Assembly (NCBI GenBank): GCA_964658305.1
Contig: OZ210884.1
Span: 3,038,001 to 3,102,000, forward strand
Direction of reading: 5' to 3'
DNA length: 64,000 bases
DNA from: Leptogorgia sarmentosa
Lineage: Eukaryota
The translations under genes and the position numbers were made by a program. A model generated the notes under the pieces. The model had not been told where the DNA came from, ran no database searches, and worked only from the letters and a program-made list of their open reading frames with translations. Of the stretch, positions 12,501 through 24,310 are shown in pieces (position 1 is the stretch's first letter; each line of letters starts with the position of its first letter).

Positions 12501-15500
12501 ATGTTTCTTCGATGGAAGATTGCGGCGATATTGATCATTGCAAGTTTGGCATTTTTCAAAGTTGAAGGTAATGAAAAGCACAATTATTTCATTTATTTAA
12601 TTCTCTTTGCGTTTATGTTATCTCAGTAATGTCAGTTGGGGCTAATAGTATCATATTTTTGAACATTTCTTTCAAAAATAGGTTAAACATGAGTTGCAAT
12701 CTTCTGTCGTATAGCATTTTCTCATCCCAAAATTTCGTTTTACAGGCAACACTGGAGTGGAATACATCATCTATTCCAATGCATCACATATTTTGTACGT
12801 TCCTGTTGAAGGAGGCGAATCCACCGTCATCCTGTCAGCACAGGGCGCAACCCTTGGATACGATGAAATAAATTATCGCCTGTGGTATCATGAATCTGTG
12901 AGCCTATCTCTCTATCAAACTGGTCTTGATGGAAGTGACTCAAAAACTGTGTCCGTTCCATCAACTTTCAACTCTTTTGCGGTTGATGCAGTAAACAAAA
13001 CTATCTATTATGTGAACTACGTGAACAGCGCGGATGTAAGCGTTCAATCTATTGATTATGATGGCGTTGCCCTTCCAGAGATCGCCGATTTGCAAAGCCA
13101 TAATGATTATGAGGATATAGAAATTGACGCCTATAACAGGTAAGTGACAACTGTTATACGTACTGTAGTTATCCTGTATTAAATGGATAATAAGATGCAA
13201 TGTTTGTCAAGATTAGCTATCAGAATGTGAATATATTGGAAGGAAAACGTCATGTATTCAATCACCTGTTCATTACATTAAACAACCACGCCCTTTTTAA
13301 ACATATAACAATCATAAATAAATACATTAAACTATTAATGAATCGTAGATACAGTTTGCTCCAAGTTTTTAAGGAAACCTATAATATGATTGGGTAAAGT
13401 ATAACATAAATCACTAATTAGTAAAATTGCGAAGTTTACTTGGGAAAACTGAAAGATCTATTATAGAATGAGCTGATAAAGCGACATCCACATTTTTTTA
13501 AAAATCAAACTTTTTTTTACCTCTTGCAATTCTGAATATCCTTGTACAATTCAATTTTCTTCTATTCATAATATCAAATTTTTCACAATGTATGGACGTC
13601 ATTTAAATTATATGATAAATTTGAATTTTGAGAATTTCAGACCTGTACATCATCCGAAATGCCATTTTCGAGGTCTCAAATACATTGGAATATTTTGCTT
13701 GAATACCAATAAAATTAATCAAGTAATTGTTTAAAGGCGAAAAGTATTCCGCTCCCACCTTATCATATATATTTGGGGACGACCCTAACGTTTATGAGAC
13801 AGGCAAACGACTTCCTTTTCCGAACTGACTATATTCCAAGACAGGGGCGAAGGCTCCCCGACAGGGGGGCTCTAGCCCCGCCCTCTACCCCACCCTCCAT
13901 GGCGCCACCAATGCTGAAAGGATTTGAAGACGTGACGTCCAAAAAACAGCATATCCACAATAGTATATTTTTATTTTCCTATGTATTTGCAAATTTATAA
14001 TAATAGTTGTCGTAGATTATCCATATAATTGCGGTTGAGACAGGCTTCTCCAGAAACGAATTGCACTTATTTACTGCCAAGCAATTACTCTGGATCGTCA
14101 ACCAGCACTGAGAGTTGCTAAAATGTGTGAATAGAATTGGTGAACAGATTTAGTGTTTTGTTGCTTGTGCATGAATATATAAAATAAAAAAAAGAACGAA
14201 GATTAACTGAATTAGCCACAATTAACATTTAATCAAGATTTTGCAAAGCTAAATCTCTTAATAAGCTATGCTCCGGCATTCCAATGGACATTTCTGACTT
14301 ATTCCCGCAGTGATTACGCAACGACGTTAATATATTGCCCAAACAGAAATCTAACCCCACCCCCATTCATCATTATATTAAGTAAAACTGAGCAATGATA
14401 CTCCCAGGGATACACCTCAAATTTCGACACGACGAAAAAAACTCTATTCAAATATCATTTCAGATCGATATTCCTCACCACCGATCTGTCGAATTCGCGA
14501 AACCTCATCCGCTACAATCTTGCTGATGGCACAGAAGAAACTCTTCATGATTCTATCTCTGGGATAGGTACACACCTCACGGTTGATACCAAAAATAAAT
14601 GGGTTTACTGGATTCTTTTTACCAGCGAAAACAACTACAAAATTTTCAAAACTACCTATACCGGACAAACCTCGCAGATTGGAGCAGATCAAACAGGAAG
14701 TGTTGGTGATGTGGACATTGCCCAGGGAGATGGATACTTTTATATCCTTGATTCTGCCTCTTCAGAAATAAAAAAATATAACAAAACAACCGGAACAATG
14801 GTCAGCGCGATTTCGATTTCGCCTGGAGCAGAACGAATTATTGTAGTCACGGGTAGGTATTAACTTTTCTTGATGGAAAAATATTTGAAATGAGTCATGA
14901 AAAAATTGATTATATCCCGTCCATATTACGTGTAAGTATTAATTTATTAACTGCTATTTGTCTTCGTGGCGGAAAAAGTACGTGGAACAGAATAATTAAT
15001 AATGAAAAGATTTTATTATTTTTAAAATCTTAGATGTCTAACCAGGAATAATATTATTCCCAAGCTTTCGGCTACCTGTATGTAGCCTTGGACGGGTGTA
15101 TATTTAAAATTATATAAGGGGATGTTTACATGGAGAAATTTCCCGCCCGGGCTGAGATTTCATCCCGGCTGTTGACGTATGGAAAAGAGCAGAATAATTT
15201 AAGTAGCACAAAGTGTGTATTAATATATGAGCTTTTTTATTCAAATTATTCTCCTCCTTTCAATCCGTCATAAGCGGGGCTGGAATTCCAGCCCAGGCTG
15301 CAAATTCTGCATGTAATCAGCCCCTAAGGTGCAATTATTATATAATACATGTAAATTGAAACATACACATACGTCATGGGTAATCTTTTAATATTTCGTT
15401 GGGCGTAGGAATGGGACCATGAAGACGGATCGCTGGAAAATAGCAGATCAGTCGCACATCAACACAAAAACAATTCTTTAATAGAGTCTGGTTTGACTTT

Positions 15501-17096
15501 ATTATGTAATAAAATAAAATTATTTAAAGTTCGCAAAACTGAAGCATAAATCTTTCAATTTTAGTTGAGCCCACAACACCAACTTCAACAACTGTGGCAA
15601 CAACCGAGCCAGGTAATTTTTTTATGATTTCGTTGCAAATTGAAGTTTCCAGGTTTATATCAATAAATTATTTATAGTTCCGGAAACTGAAGAACATTTT
15701 TGATTTTAGCTGTGCCTATATTACCGATTCCAACAACTGTGACAACAACCGAGCTAGGTAATATTTCTTATAACTTGTTGTTCTAAAAACAAGTTTGTCC
15801 AACATTTTGTTCGCTTATATTTGAATGTGTCATTTTTTACGTAGACAACGTTTTATAAATTAGCCATTCCAGTCATATATCTTTCTGAGTAATAGCGTGT
15901 CCATAATGATTCATCGCTGGAAAATGGCAGATTAGTCGACCAACAACACAAAAACAAGTCTTTAATAACATCTGTTTAATTTGATTTAGAATATATAGTG
16001 AAATTATCTAAAATTCGCAGGACTAAACCATAATATTTTGAATCTTAGTTCCTGCAACAACACCAAAATCAACAGCTGCCACAACAACCAAGCAAGGTAA
16101 TTTTTTTACGATTTCGCTGTAACATGAAGTTTCCAGTTTCATATCAATGACTTTTATGCCTTTACAAATTTTAATATTTCGTTGGGCGTTGAAATGGGTC
16201 CATAATGACAGATCGCTGGGTAATAGCAGATCAGTCGCACATTACCGCAAAAACAATTCTTTAATAGAGTCTGGTTTGATCTTATTATGTAAGATAGTAG
16301 AATTATGTAAAGTTGCCAAAACTAAACCATAATATTTTCAATTTTAGTTCTGGCAACAACACCAATTTCAACAGTTGTCACAACAACCAAGCAAGGTATT
16401 TTTTTTATGATTTCGCTGCAACATGACGTTTCCTGTTTTATATCAATGTCTTTTATGCCTTTACAATAGAAACGATTTTTTGCATCCTTATTCAATCGTA
16501 GGGACAAATTTTCCTTGTCATCACCACATTGCGCATGCGTTGTTCTAAGAATGTGAAAAAGGATTAGGGTTTCTAGAAGCAGTCCTGATTGTTGATGTAT
16601 GAATGTCAATTGTGAAAATTAATTGGTCGAAAGACATTTCAATGATTTCAATCATTTCAATTTGACTGGTTCAAAGTGATTACACAAAATTGCACCAAGA
16701 TAACACAAAATTGCACTGTGATAACCGAAAATTGCACTGTGATTACAAAAAAATGCACTGTGATAACAAAAAAATGCACTGTGATTACAGAAAATTGCAC
16801 TGCAGTGATTCGGGATTAACTGCACTGAAATGAACCAATCACAATCCAGTAATACTTTTATATATATTATTATTCAAGATATAATAGCTACGTGCAGGCC
16901 CAACGTAGTTTATTAATTTCCCTCATGGAAAAAAAACAAATTCTCTCTCGAGTTAATCAATCATTATCTAAGCGTGATTAATTTATATTAACAATTAATG
17001 TTGTTCTCTTTTAAAGCCAATACAGACTCTGCTCAAAGCAGCCATTGTCCCAGTGCTATTGCTTTTATTGTACTGATCGCTGTCGTGATTGTGTGA
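12501..17096 (+). CDS. Gene A: signal peptide, YWTD/LDLR-class-B-like beta-propeller, Thr-rich mucin-like stalk and GPI-signal-like tail (~373 aa); join(12501-12567,12746-13139,14464-14852,15565-15612,15710-15757,16049-16096,16348-16395,17017-17096)
   Basis: All eight exons have canonical AG/GT sites and compatible phases; they total 1122 nt with no internal stop. N-terminus [23 protein letters not shown]; blade motifs FAVDAVNKTIYY and LTVDTKNKWVYW; C-terminus ANTDSAQSSHCPSAIAFIVLIAVVIV-stop. Confidence 0.85.
12746..13139 (+). CDS. Gene A exon 2, first half of beta-propeller
   Basis: ttttacag acceptor, AG|gtaagt donor; open frame matches ORF 12757..13143. Confidence 0.9.
14464..14852 (+). 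CDS. Gene A exon 3, second half of beta-propeller
   Basis: atttcag acceptor, G|gtaggt donor; 389-nt open frame SIFLTTD...WVYWILF...YFYILDS...RIIVVT. Confidence 0.9.
15118..15324. mobile_element. PIF/Harbinger-like MITE with TAA target-site duplication
   Basis: taa-ggggatgtttacatg ... catgtaatcagcccc-taa; the paralogous site near 31171 has a single taa. Confidence 0.85.
15565..16395 (+). CDS. Gene A: four duplicated 48-nt phase 1-1 Thr/Pro-rich mini-exons
   Basis: Encode VEPTTPTSTTVATTEP, AVPILPIPTTVTTTEL, VPATTPKSTAATTTKQ and VLATTPISTVVTTTKQ; each is bounded by ttag and G|gta, and the flanking introns are also homologous. Confidence 0.85.
16676..16830. repeat. ~21-bp tandem repeat (aaaattgcactgtgattacac-like), about 6 copies
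   Basis: Direct tandem copies visible in the last intron of gene A. Confidence 0.8.
17017..17096 (+). CDS. Gene A terminal coding exon, GPI-anchor-signal-like
   Basis: ctcttttaaag acceptor; small residues (DSA, SS), spacer, then a hydrophobic run ending at TGA with no cytoplasmic tail. Candidate 3'UTR intron from gtaagt at 17110 to cag at 17253. Confidence 0.75.
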
Positions 17097-17519
17097 TTAT
17101 TTGTGTAAAGTAAGTAACATTGCGTATCAACAAGAAAACTTTTTCTTTCTGCCTTATTGGAAAACGCCATAACGGACGTTATTGCAATGAAGCATATAGC
17201 CATGCCAACTTCTCTACTTTTCGCTCAACTACACTTAAATTTCTGTGTTTCAGGATTAAAGACAAGAAATAGAAGGTAGAGAAGGTGTATGAAACTCAAT
17301 ATAACCATTCATATTATCATATATACTAGGGAAACAGTAGCGAGTTATCGACAATTTAATCCTATATCCGTAATCAATTGTAATTTTTTAATTTTGATTA
17401 AGCATCAGAAAAAATTAGACGTAAAATTATAGACAACAATCTCCAACATAAAAATAGCAATTTTCGACTTGTATCCATCGCAATTGCCAAAAATTAATTT
17501 ACAATTAACGTCCTATAAT

Positions 17520-18225
17520 ACGTATTATATAATACATCATTACATTCAGGTCTTTGGATTGGTTAATTATGGTCTCTTGATATTGAATAGAAAGTTCCAT
17601 TTCCCAAAAGTGCAATAGTACGAATACTATTGCACTCTGTGTTTTCAGTAACTCCCATCCTTCAAAACGCTTTTCCGACTGTGATCGATCGTTGTTTATT
17701 TACCCCCGATTCTCGACGTCAGGTAGCTAAATGCGATTTATGTTGTAAAAATACACCAAAATGGCGGCAGGTTGCAATAAACCTTTGTTATTTTTGTATT
17801 ATATAAAACAAATTTGTTAAATATCTATCTATCCATCTATTAAATAAACCCCAAATATGATCTATCAAATTTTCCCGCCCAGCACAAATCGTCGTGGGGC
17901 CTCGTGAGCCTCGTCTCATGCACATCGCATTCATATGCCATTGAACATTGCCATTGTTGACGATGATCGCGGATTAACATCAAATTTATTTTCAAACACT
18001 CCCAGGAGATGGGCGAATTCAGCATCAAATAATTTCTGTCAATTTCATGGAGCGAGGTGATTGCAAGCGGAAATAGCATAAAGCATAAATTTTGAGGTGA
18101 ATGTTTTGACCAATTCAAAGACCTTTTTTTTGCGAATTAGTGCTCAATAAGGCTTGTCAGAACAGAAATCCATTTTGTTGTGTTCTCTCGATTACATCAT
18201 TCGAAATTCTGTAATTAATTATGTT
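17520..18225. mobile_element. Interspersed repeat(s) downstream of gene A
   Basis: Includes the inverted homolog of 5290-5655 and a segment bounded by tattatata motifs with a gattgg/aaaatggcg core like the element at 62831. Confidence 0.55.
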
Positions 18226-18829
18226 TGTGTAGTAAACGAATGACGTAACATTGACATTTGAGAACACTACCATATAGGGATGCAAGAAGGATGATACACT
18301 AAGGCACTAGTTACAGTGATAAATGTAGTTTGAAGTAAAATTTGTCATTGCGGATAAATAGTAAAAAAATAAATACAATAAAGTGAAGAATATATATATT
18401 GCTGTTTGGTTATGACAAATTTAGCCCTGACAAAAAAATCGAATAAAAAATTACATTACGGGAGATATACAGTTCGGTCATCGCAAAATGGATTTATATC
18501 TGACAGCTACATAATCCCAGTCACTTTCCCATCTCTGAAATCCAATGGATTTCCTTATTTGCACTTAACACCCTCGTTTACATCCTGGAGTAAACACCAA
18601 GATCTCAAGCGACGAAGCACGTTTTTGTAAAATATAAACACGTGAAGAATTCAAAACTTGCTGAAATGACATTAACAACAACTTTTCAAAAATGTTGTCT
18701 CCGTTGTTTTGTCCAAATTTTCCTGTAATTGCGTCAATCGTGATTGATTTATAGTAAGCCGCGATTACATAAATATACGACTATACATAAAGCGAGCCAA
18801 GCTGTAGTCTTATTGCAATTTGGCTGCCA

Positions 18830-21585
18830 AAGTTCAATAACACACTAATCTTATCCCTCCTCTATGCATGTTTGGTACTAAACCCGGGTTTGACCTTGAC
18901 TAATAGCGGTTCTACTTCGGTTATTGTTTGACAATGCTGCAACAGGGGGCGTATAAGCACTTAGTGTTTTGAGTGTGTTTTCCTCACTTCTTTTGCGAGA
19001 TAATGGCTTTAGAAATCGCATCTTTCCATGCGTGTTATTCACAAAACACCCACGCCCGATTGTTTTGCTTTTTCCACATCATGTTACCTTTCATAAAATA
19101 ATCTACTGTATCATAATATAAATTTATGTAATCGAATTTGTACCTTTCACAATCGTTTGTAACATCCGAGAAGTAAGTGAAGTCACCTTTGCAGAAATAT
19201 ACTGCTATACGAAATCTGGGAGGAACTTCAGTTTTGCTAATTATCGCATTTCTAACTGATTTTGAAATGAGGCTTCGGTATAAGCTTTTATTTTATGCAC
19301 AACACTTTATAGAAAAGCGTTCTCACTAAATGTGTGTTCTAGCTAAGAAACATTAAATTTTGCACATATGTTGTTCATTTCATAATCCAGATTGAAGTTT
19401 CACATTTGAATTAGCTGATTGATGTGGAAATTAAATGTCGTGGAAACACCATGCGTAAATCAAGCCCTCTAAATAATTAAGTAATATACGGTACTATCCC
19501 CTCTGGTGTTTGAGATTCAACATTTTGATGTCAGGTTTAGCTTAAATATTACATATTCTACTTACTCTCGTTCCACGCTTCTAAGTGAATAAATTAATAC
19601 TAATTCAGAGAACGTCGTCTATATATGGATAATTTTCTTACTTATATTAAGGACGAAATATTTCTGTAGCATAAATATTTAGTCTGAAATTGATGCCTTG
19701 ACAAGTTGAGGCACAGCTAGCTGTCAAATCAGTGCAATTAACTTCTTGTTTTTCTTGCTATCTTTGGTTTATTAGCTGTACCTATATTACCTTGTGCACG
19801 CTATTCTAGATTTATAAACTTTCTAACCGAGCTCCTATATCTGGAATATTTAAAGATAAACGATCAAATTATGGATATCCTCGGCAGTGCATATCTCTAA
19901 CACAGGCTTTGTTCTATCACATTGTCGTTTGCAGTTTTTCAATGTCGTAAACTTGCTATACTTCAGCTAAGAAACAGTTAGCAACCATTTTCAGATTAAT
20001 TTAGCTTTGTAGCAGGGAGGAGGCATAATCCACGTATTGCTTCCGACGGGTGCTTCAGAAATCAGTTTATAGTCAAATCACCGGCCTAGCGCATGAAATG
20101 AGCATTCAGTTTCATTAAGTGTTTTGAGTGTTCTTACTCCAGGTTTTTGCGAAAAATTTCGACAACATCCCATTTTTCATGTTTATTATGTCTATTTCGA
20201 GTGTATAATAATGAATTGGCCATTGTAGCTAGTTTGTTTTTTGCAGATTCTATTATATTTCATTAAATTTTAATGTATCATCATAGGCATAATTATTGTG
20301 TATCCAATTCCAATGTTTTGTATTTTCCTAAATAACGTATTTATTTTAATGTATCTTTTATTGTACTAAGAGTGATTGAAGGCTAAGAAACATGTTTGGA
20401 ATGTTGTTTTGGTTTGTGTATAGTACGGTTTCCAAGTACTGGGAATGTCCTGCTGAGAAGGAATTTAGTTTCAGTTTGCAAAATCAAGTGTTTGAATTTA
20501 GACTCAAAATTTAAAAGATATATCGCAGTTATTCTCGGAGCCTGCATACAGAAAATTTCATAGAAGAACGTTTTCATTGAAGGTACGTTCAAGTTAAGAA
20601 ACATTCGGCTCGTTTTAATAAACTGGCTTTAACTATCACATTTGAATTAGCTTATTGGTTACGTAGTTACATTTACTTTTCGTCTAACGAGCGTGGTGGA
20701 TGCCGGAAAGAACATAGCTAATTATGTATGTAGCTATGTAGCTATAGCTCATTCCTTAAGATTTTGTTTCCATAGCTAATATCACCTGCTCATATGACAC
20801 AGCACATCTAGACGTCACTCAAGTTTCCATAATCCCGCGTCAGTAACAAACATTTTCTACGATTTTTTTCCCGTTGTTTTACTCTGCTGTTTACACACCC
20901 CTTCATAGTAGCGGATGCTCGCAAGCAAATAGACATTACTTAGTCAGAGAACGTAGAATTAGTAGAAACAAATTCTAGAAATGTTCAATCAACCATACTA
21001 TATATAGTGCACACTATAAATCAGGAGAAATCAATTGAACTCATGCCTGTCAATCTTTTATATCTTCTAAACTTTGGTTTTCTTATCTTGTCCCTCGTTG
21101 TTACTGCGCGACCGCGTGGCGGCCATAGAATATCAAAAACTGCTGAAACTGGCTTTATAGCTATCAATCCTAGCGGCATTGTCGTGTGCTTCTATTCAAT
21201 GTACGAAAGTCGCACACACTAAATTATAGTGTTAACGACAATAATTATTCATGTAGAAAACGTTGAATAATTGTAGAGAATTTTTGGCCTGTACAGTACG
21301 TTTACGACAAACATTTCTGCGGTTTGAAGGCCTATTCAAACGAAACTAATATCGACCAACATTGTCTGTCCAACAATGTTACACGACGTGTGATGAAAAG
21401 ATTAAACTTAAGCCTATATTATCCAACAATGGCAGCCAACAATATTGGTTGATGTTGGACCCACAGGTTGCTTAGGTGATGGATGTCTACACTAATCGAC
21501 TTAACTCTTTATGATGTGCGATGAATTGCTGCTTTGCTTTCTACTAGCTGGTTTTGCCAGATTAGCCGAGCTGAACTACATATTA
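18830..21585 (+). repeat. Segmental duplication copy B1 (partial, internally deleted, lacks gene exons)
   Basis: Matches A 5690-8910, then jumps at 21213 to A ~10595-11000; very similar to the corresponding parts of B2. Confidence 0.88.
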
Positions 21586-24030
21586 CTACATATTTGTACC
21601 TTTCACAATCGTTTGTAACATCCGAGAAGTAAGGGAAGTCACCTTTGCTGAAATATACTGCTATACGAAATTTGGTATGTCTTTAATTAGTAAGGTTTGA
21701 AAACATTGCGTCTCGTGCTCCAGCTGGGAGGAACTTCAGTTTTGCTAATTATCGCATTTCTAACTGATTTTGAAATGAGGCTTCGGTATAAGCCTTTATT
21801 TTATGCACAACACTTTATAGAAAAGCGTCCTCACTAAATGTGTGTTCTAGCTAAGAAACATTAATTTCAGCACATATGTTGTTCATTTCATAATCCAGAT
21901 TGAAGTTTCCCATTTGAATTAGCTGATTGATGTGGAAATTAAATATCGTGGAAACACCATGCGTAAATCAAGCCCTCGAAATAATTAAGTAACATAATAT
22001 CTCCTCTAGTATTTGAGATTCAACATTTTGATGTCAGGTTTAGCTTAAATATTACATATTCTACTTATCTCATTCCACGCTTCTAAGTTAATAAATTAAT
22101 ACTAATTCACAGAGCGTCGTCTATATATGGACAATTTTCTTACTTATATTAAGGACGAAATATTTCTGTGGCATAAATATTTAGCCTGAAATTGATGCCG
22201 TGACAAGTTGAGGCACGGCTAGTTGTCAAATCAGTGCAATTAACTTCCTGTTTTTCTTGCTATCCAGGGTTTATTAGCTGTACCTATATTACCTTGTGCA
22301 TGCTATTCTAGATTTATAAACTTTCTAACCGAGCGCCTATATCTGGAATATTTCTTGGGGGGGGGGGGGGGGGGGGGGGGGTAATCCACGTAGCGTTATT
22401 GCTTGGGAAGGGTGATTCAAGAATCTGTTCATGTCCATCACCGGCCTATAGTGCATGAAATGAGTATTCAGTTTCATTAAGTGTTTTGAGTGTTCTTACT
22501 CCCGATTTTTGCGCAAAAATGGCAACATCATGTTTATTTTTCGAGATCACACGTGCGCCATAATATGGCATGCATGGAAGTCTATCTATTTCGAGTGTAT
22601 AATAATAATTTGGCCATTGTAGCTAGTTTTTTTTTATTCAGTCATCATAGAAATTTACCGTGTATCCAATTCCAAAGTTTTGTATTTTCCTAAATAACTG
22701 TATATATTTTAATGTATCTTTTGTAGTAAGAGTGATTGAAGCATGTTTGGAATGTTGTTTTGGTTTATGTATAGTACGGTTTCCAAGTACTGGGAATGTC
22801 CTGCTGAGAAGGAATTTAGTTTCAGTTTGCAAAATCAAGTGTTTGAATTTAGACTCAAAATTTAAAAGATATATCGCAGTTATTCTCGGAGCCTGCATAC
22901 AGAAAACTTCATAGAAGAACGTTTTCATTGAAGGTATGTTCAAGTTAAGAAACATTCGGCTCGTTTTAATAAACTGGCTTTAACTATCACATTTGAATTA
23001 GCGTATTGGTTACGTAGTTACATTTACTTTTCGTCTAACGAGCGTGGTGGATGCCGGAAAGAACATAGCTAATTATGTATGTAGCTATGTAGCTATTTTA
23101 GCTATGTAGCTATAGCTCATTTCTTAAGATTTTGTTTCCATAGCTAATATCACCTGCTCATATGACACAGCACATCTAGACGTCACTCAAGTTTCCATAA
23201 TCCCGCGTCAATAACAAACATTTTCTACGATTTTTTTCCCGTTGTTTTACTCTGCTGTTTACACACCCCTTCATAGTAGCGGATGCTCGCAAGCAAATAG
23301 ACATTACTTAGTCAGTGAACGTAGAATTAGTAGAAACAAATTCTAGAAATGTTCAATCAACCATACTATATATAGTGCATACTATAAATCAGGAGAAATC
23401 AATTGAACTCATGCCTGTCAATCTTTTATACCTTCTAAACTTTGGTTTCCTTATCTGGTCCTTCGTTGTTTCTGCGCGACCGCGTGGCGGCCATAGAATA
23501 TCAAAAATTGCTGAAACTGGCTTTATAGCTATCCATCCTAGCGGCATTGTCGTTTGCTTCTATTCAATGTACGAAAGTCGCTAGGCTTTGACTCGCAAAC
23601 AACAAGTGACAGCAAGCAGCCTAACAAAAACTACCTACAACTAATCAACGGGACTCATAAGTTGTACCCACTGCCTAAATGTTACTATATCATACTCAGA
23701 TTTCGGAATCGTAAATTTATTATTTAGTTTAGTAAGTACTAGTATATAGCCGTTGCGACGTATCCAGAAGTAAACAATTATGTGCTCATTATGAGTAGCA
23801 GATAGCAATATCAACGAAACAAACGTTCTGTGGGGTGTCAAAAAAGCTTTGAAACACATCACTGTTTGACAGGCGCCGTTCAATATATCGCATGCCGGGC
23901 GGCATTGTTCTTTGGTGTTCCTCCCATTCTCTCACAGTCGCTAAGATTTATAAAAGAGACAACAGGCGCTAGAAAGGAATCTGATAATTCATAAATTCAA
24001 ACTACGAACGGAGTTTTTTCTATATATAGG

Positions 24031-24310
24031 CCAGGTGATCTCGTATTCGTGTTTCAGCCAATCAGCGCTCAGAAAGGGTTGCCCGAATAGAAATCCATTT
24101 TGCTATATTCACACGATTATATCTTTCGTTATTCTGTACGAAACTACTTGAAATTTTGTAATTATGTTTGGTTATGAGAACTATAGTTCTGATAAAAATA
24201 TGGAATCGAAATAAAGTATATAAAGAGAGATATTCAGTTGTTTCGGTCGAAAAATGGATTTCTATTTGACAGCTAGTTCCAGTCCTTTTCCGTGTATCGA
24301 GATCACCTGG
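24031..24310. mobile_element. MITE with 13-bp TIRs inserted in a (TA)n tract
   Basis: ccaggtgatctcg ... cgagatcacctgg; the empty (TA)n site is in copy A at ~9356-9370. Confidence 0.85.

Larger units (their letters stand above)
5690..15365 (+). repeat. Segmental duplication copy A (upstream region plus exons 1-3 of gene A)
   Basis: Colinear high identity with 18830-21585 (partial) and 21590-31210, e.g. aaacccgggtttgaccttgactaatagcggttctacttcgg at 5741 and 18881; homology fades near 15365/31210. Confidence 0.92.
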
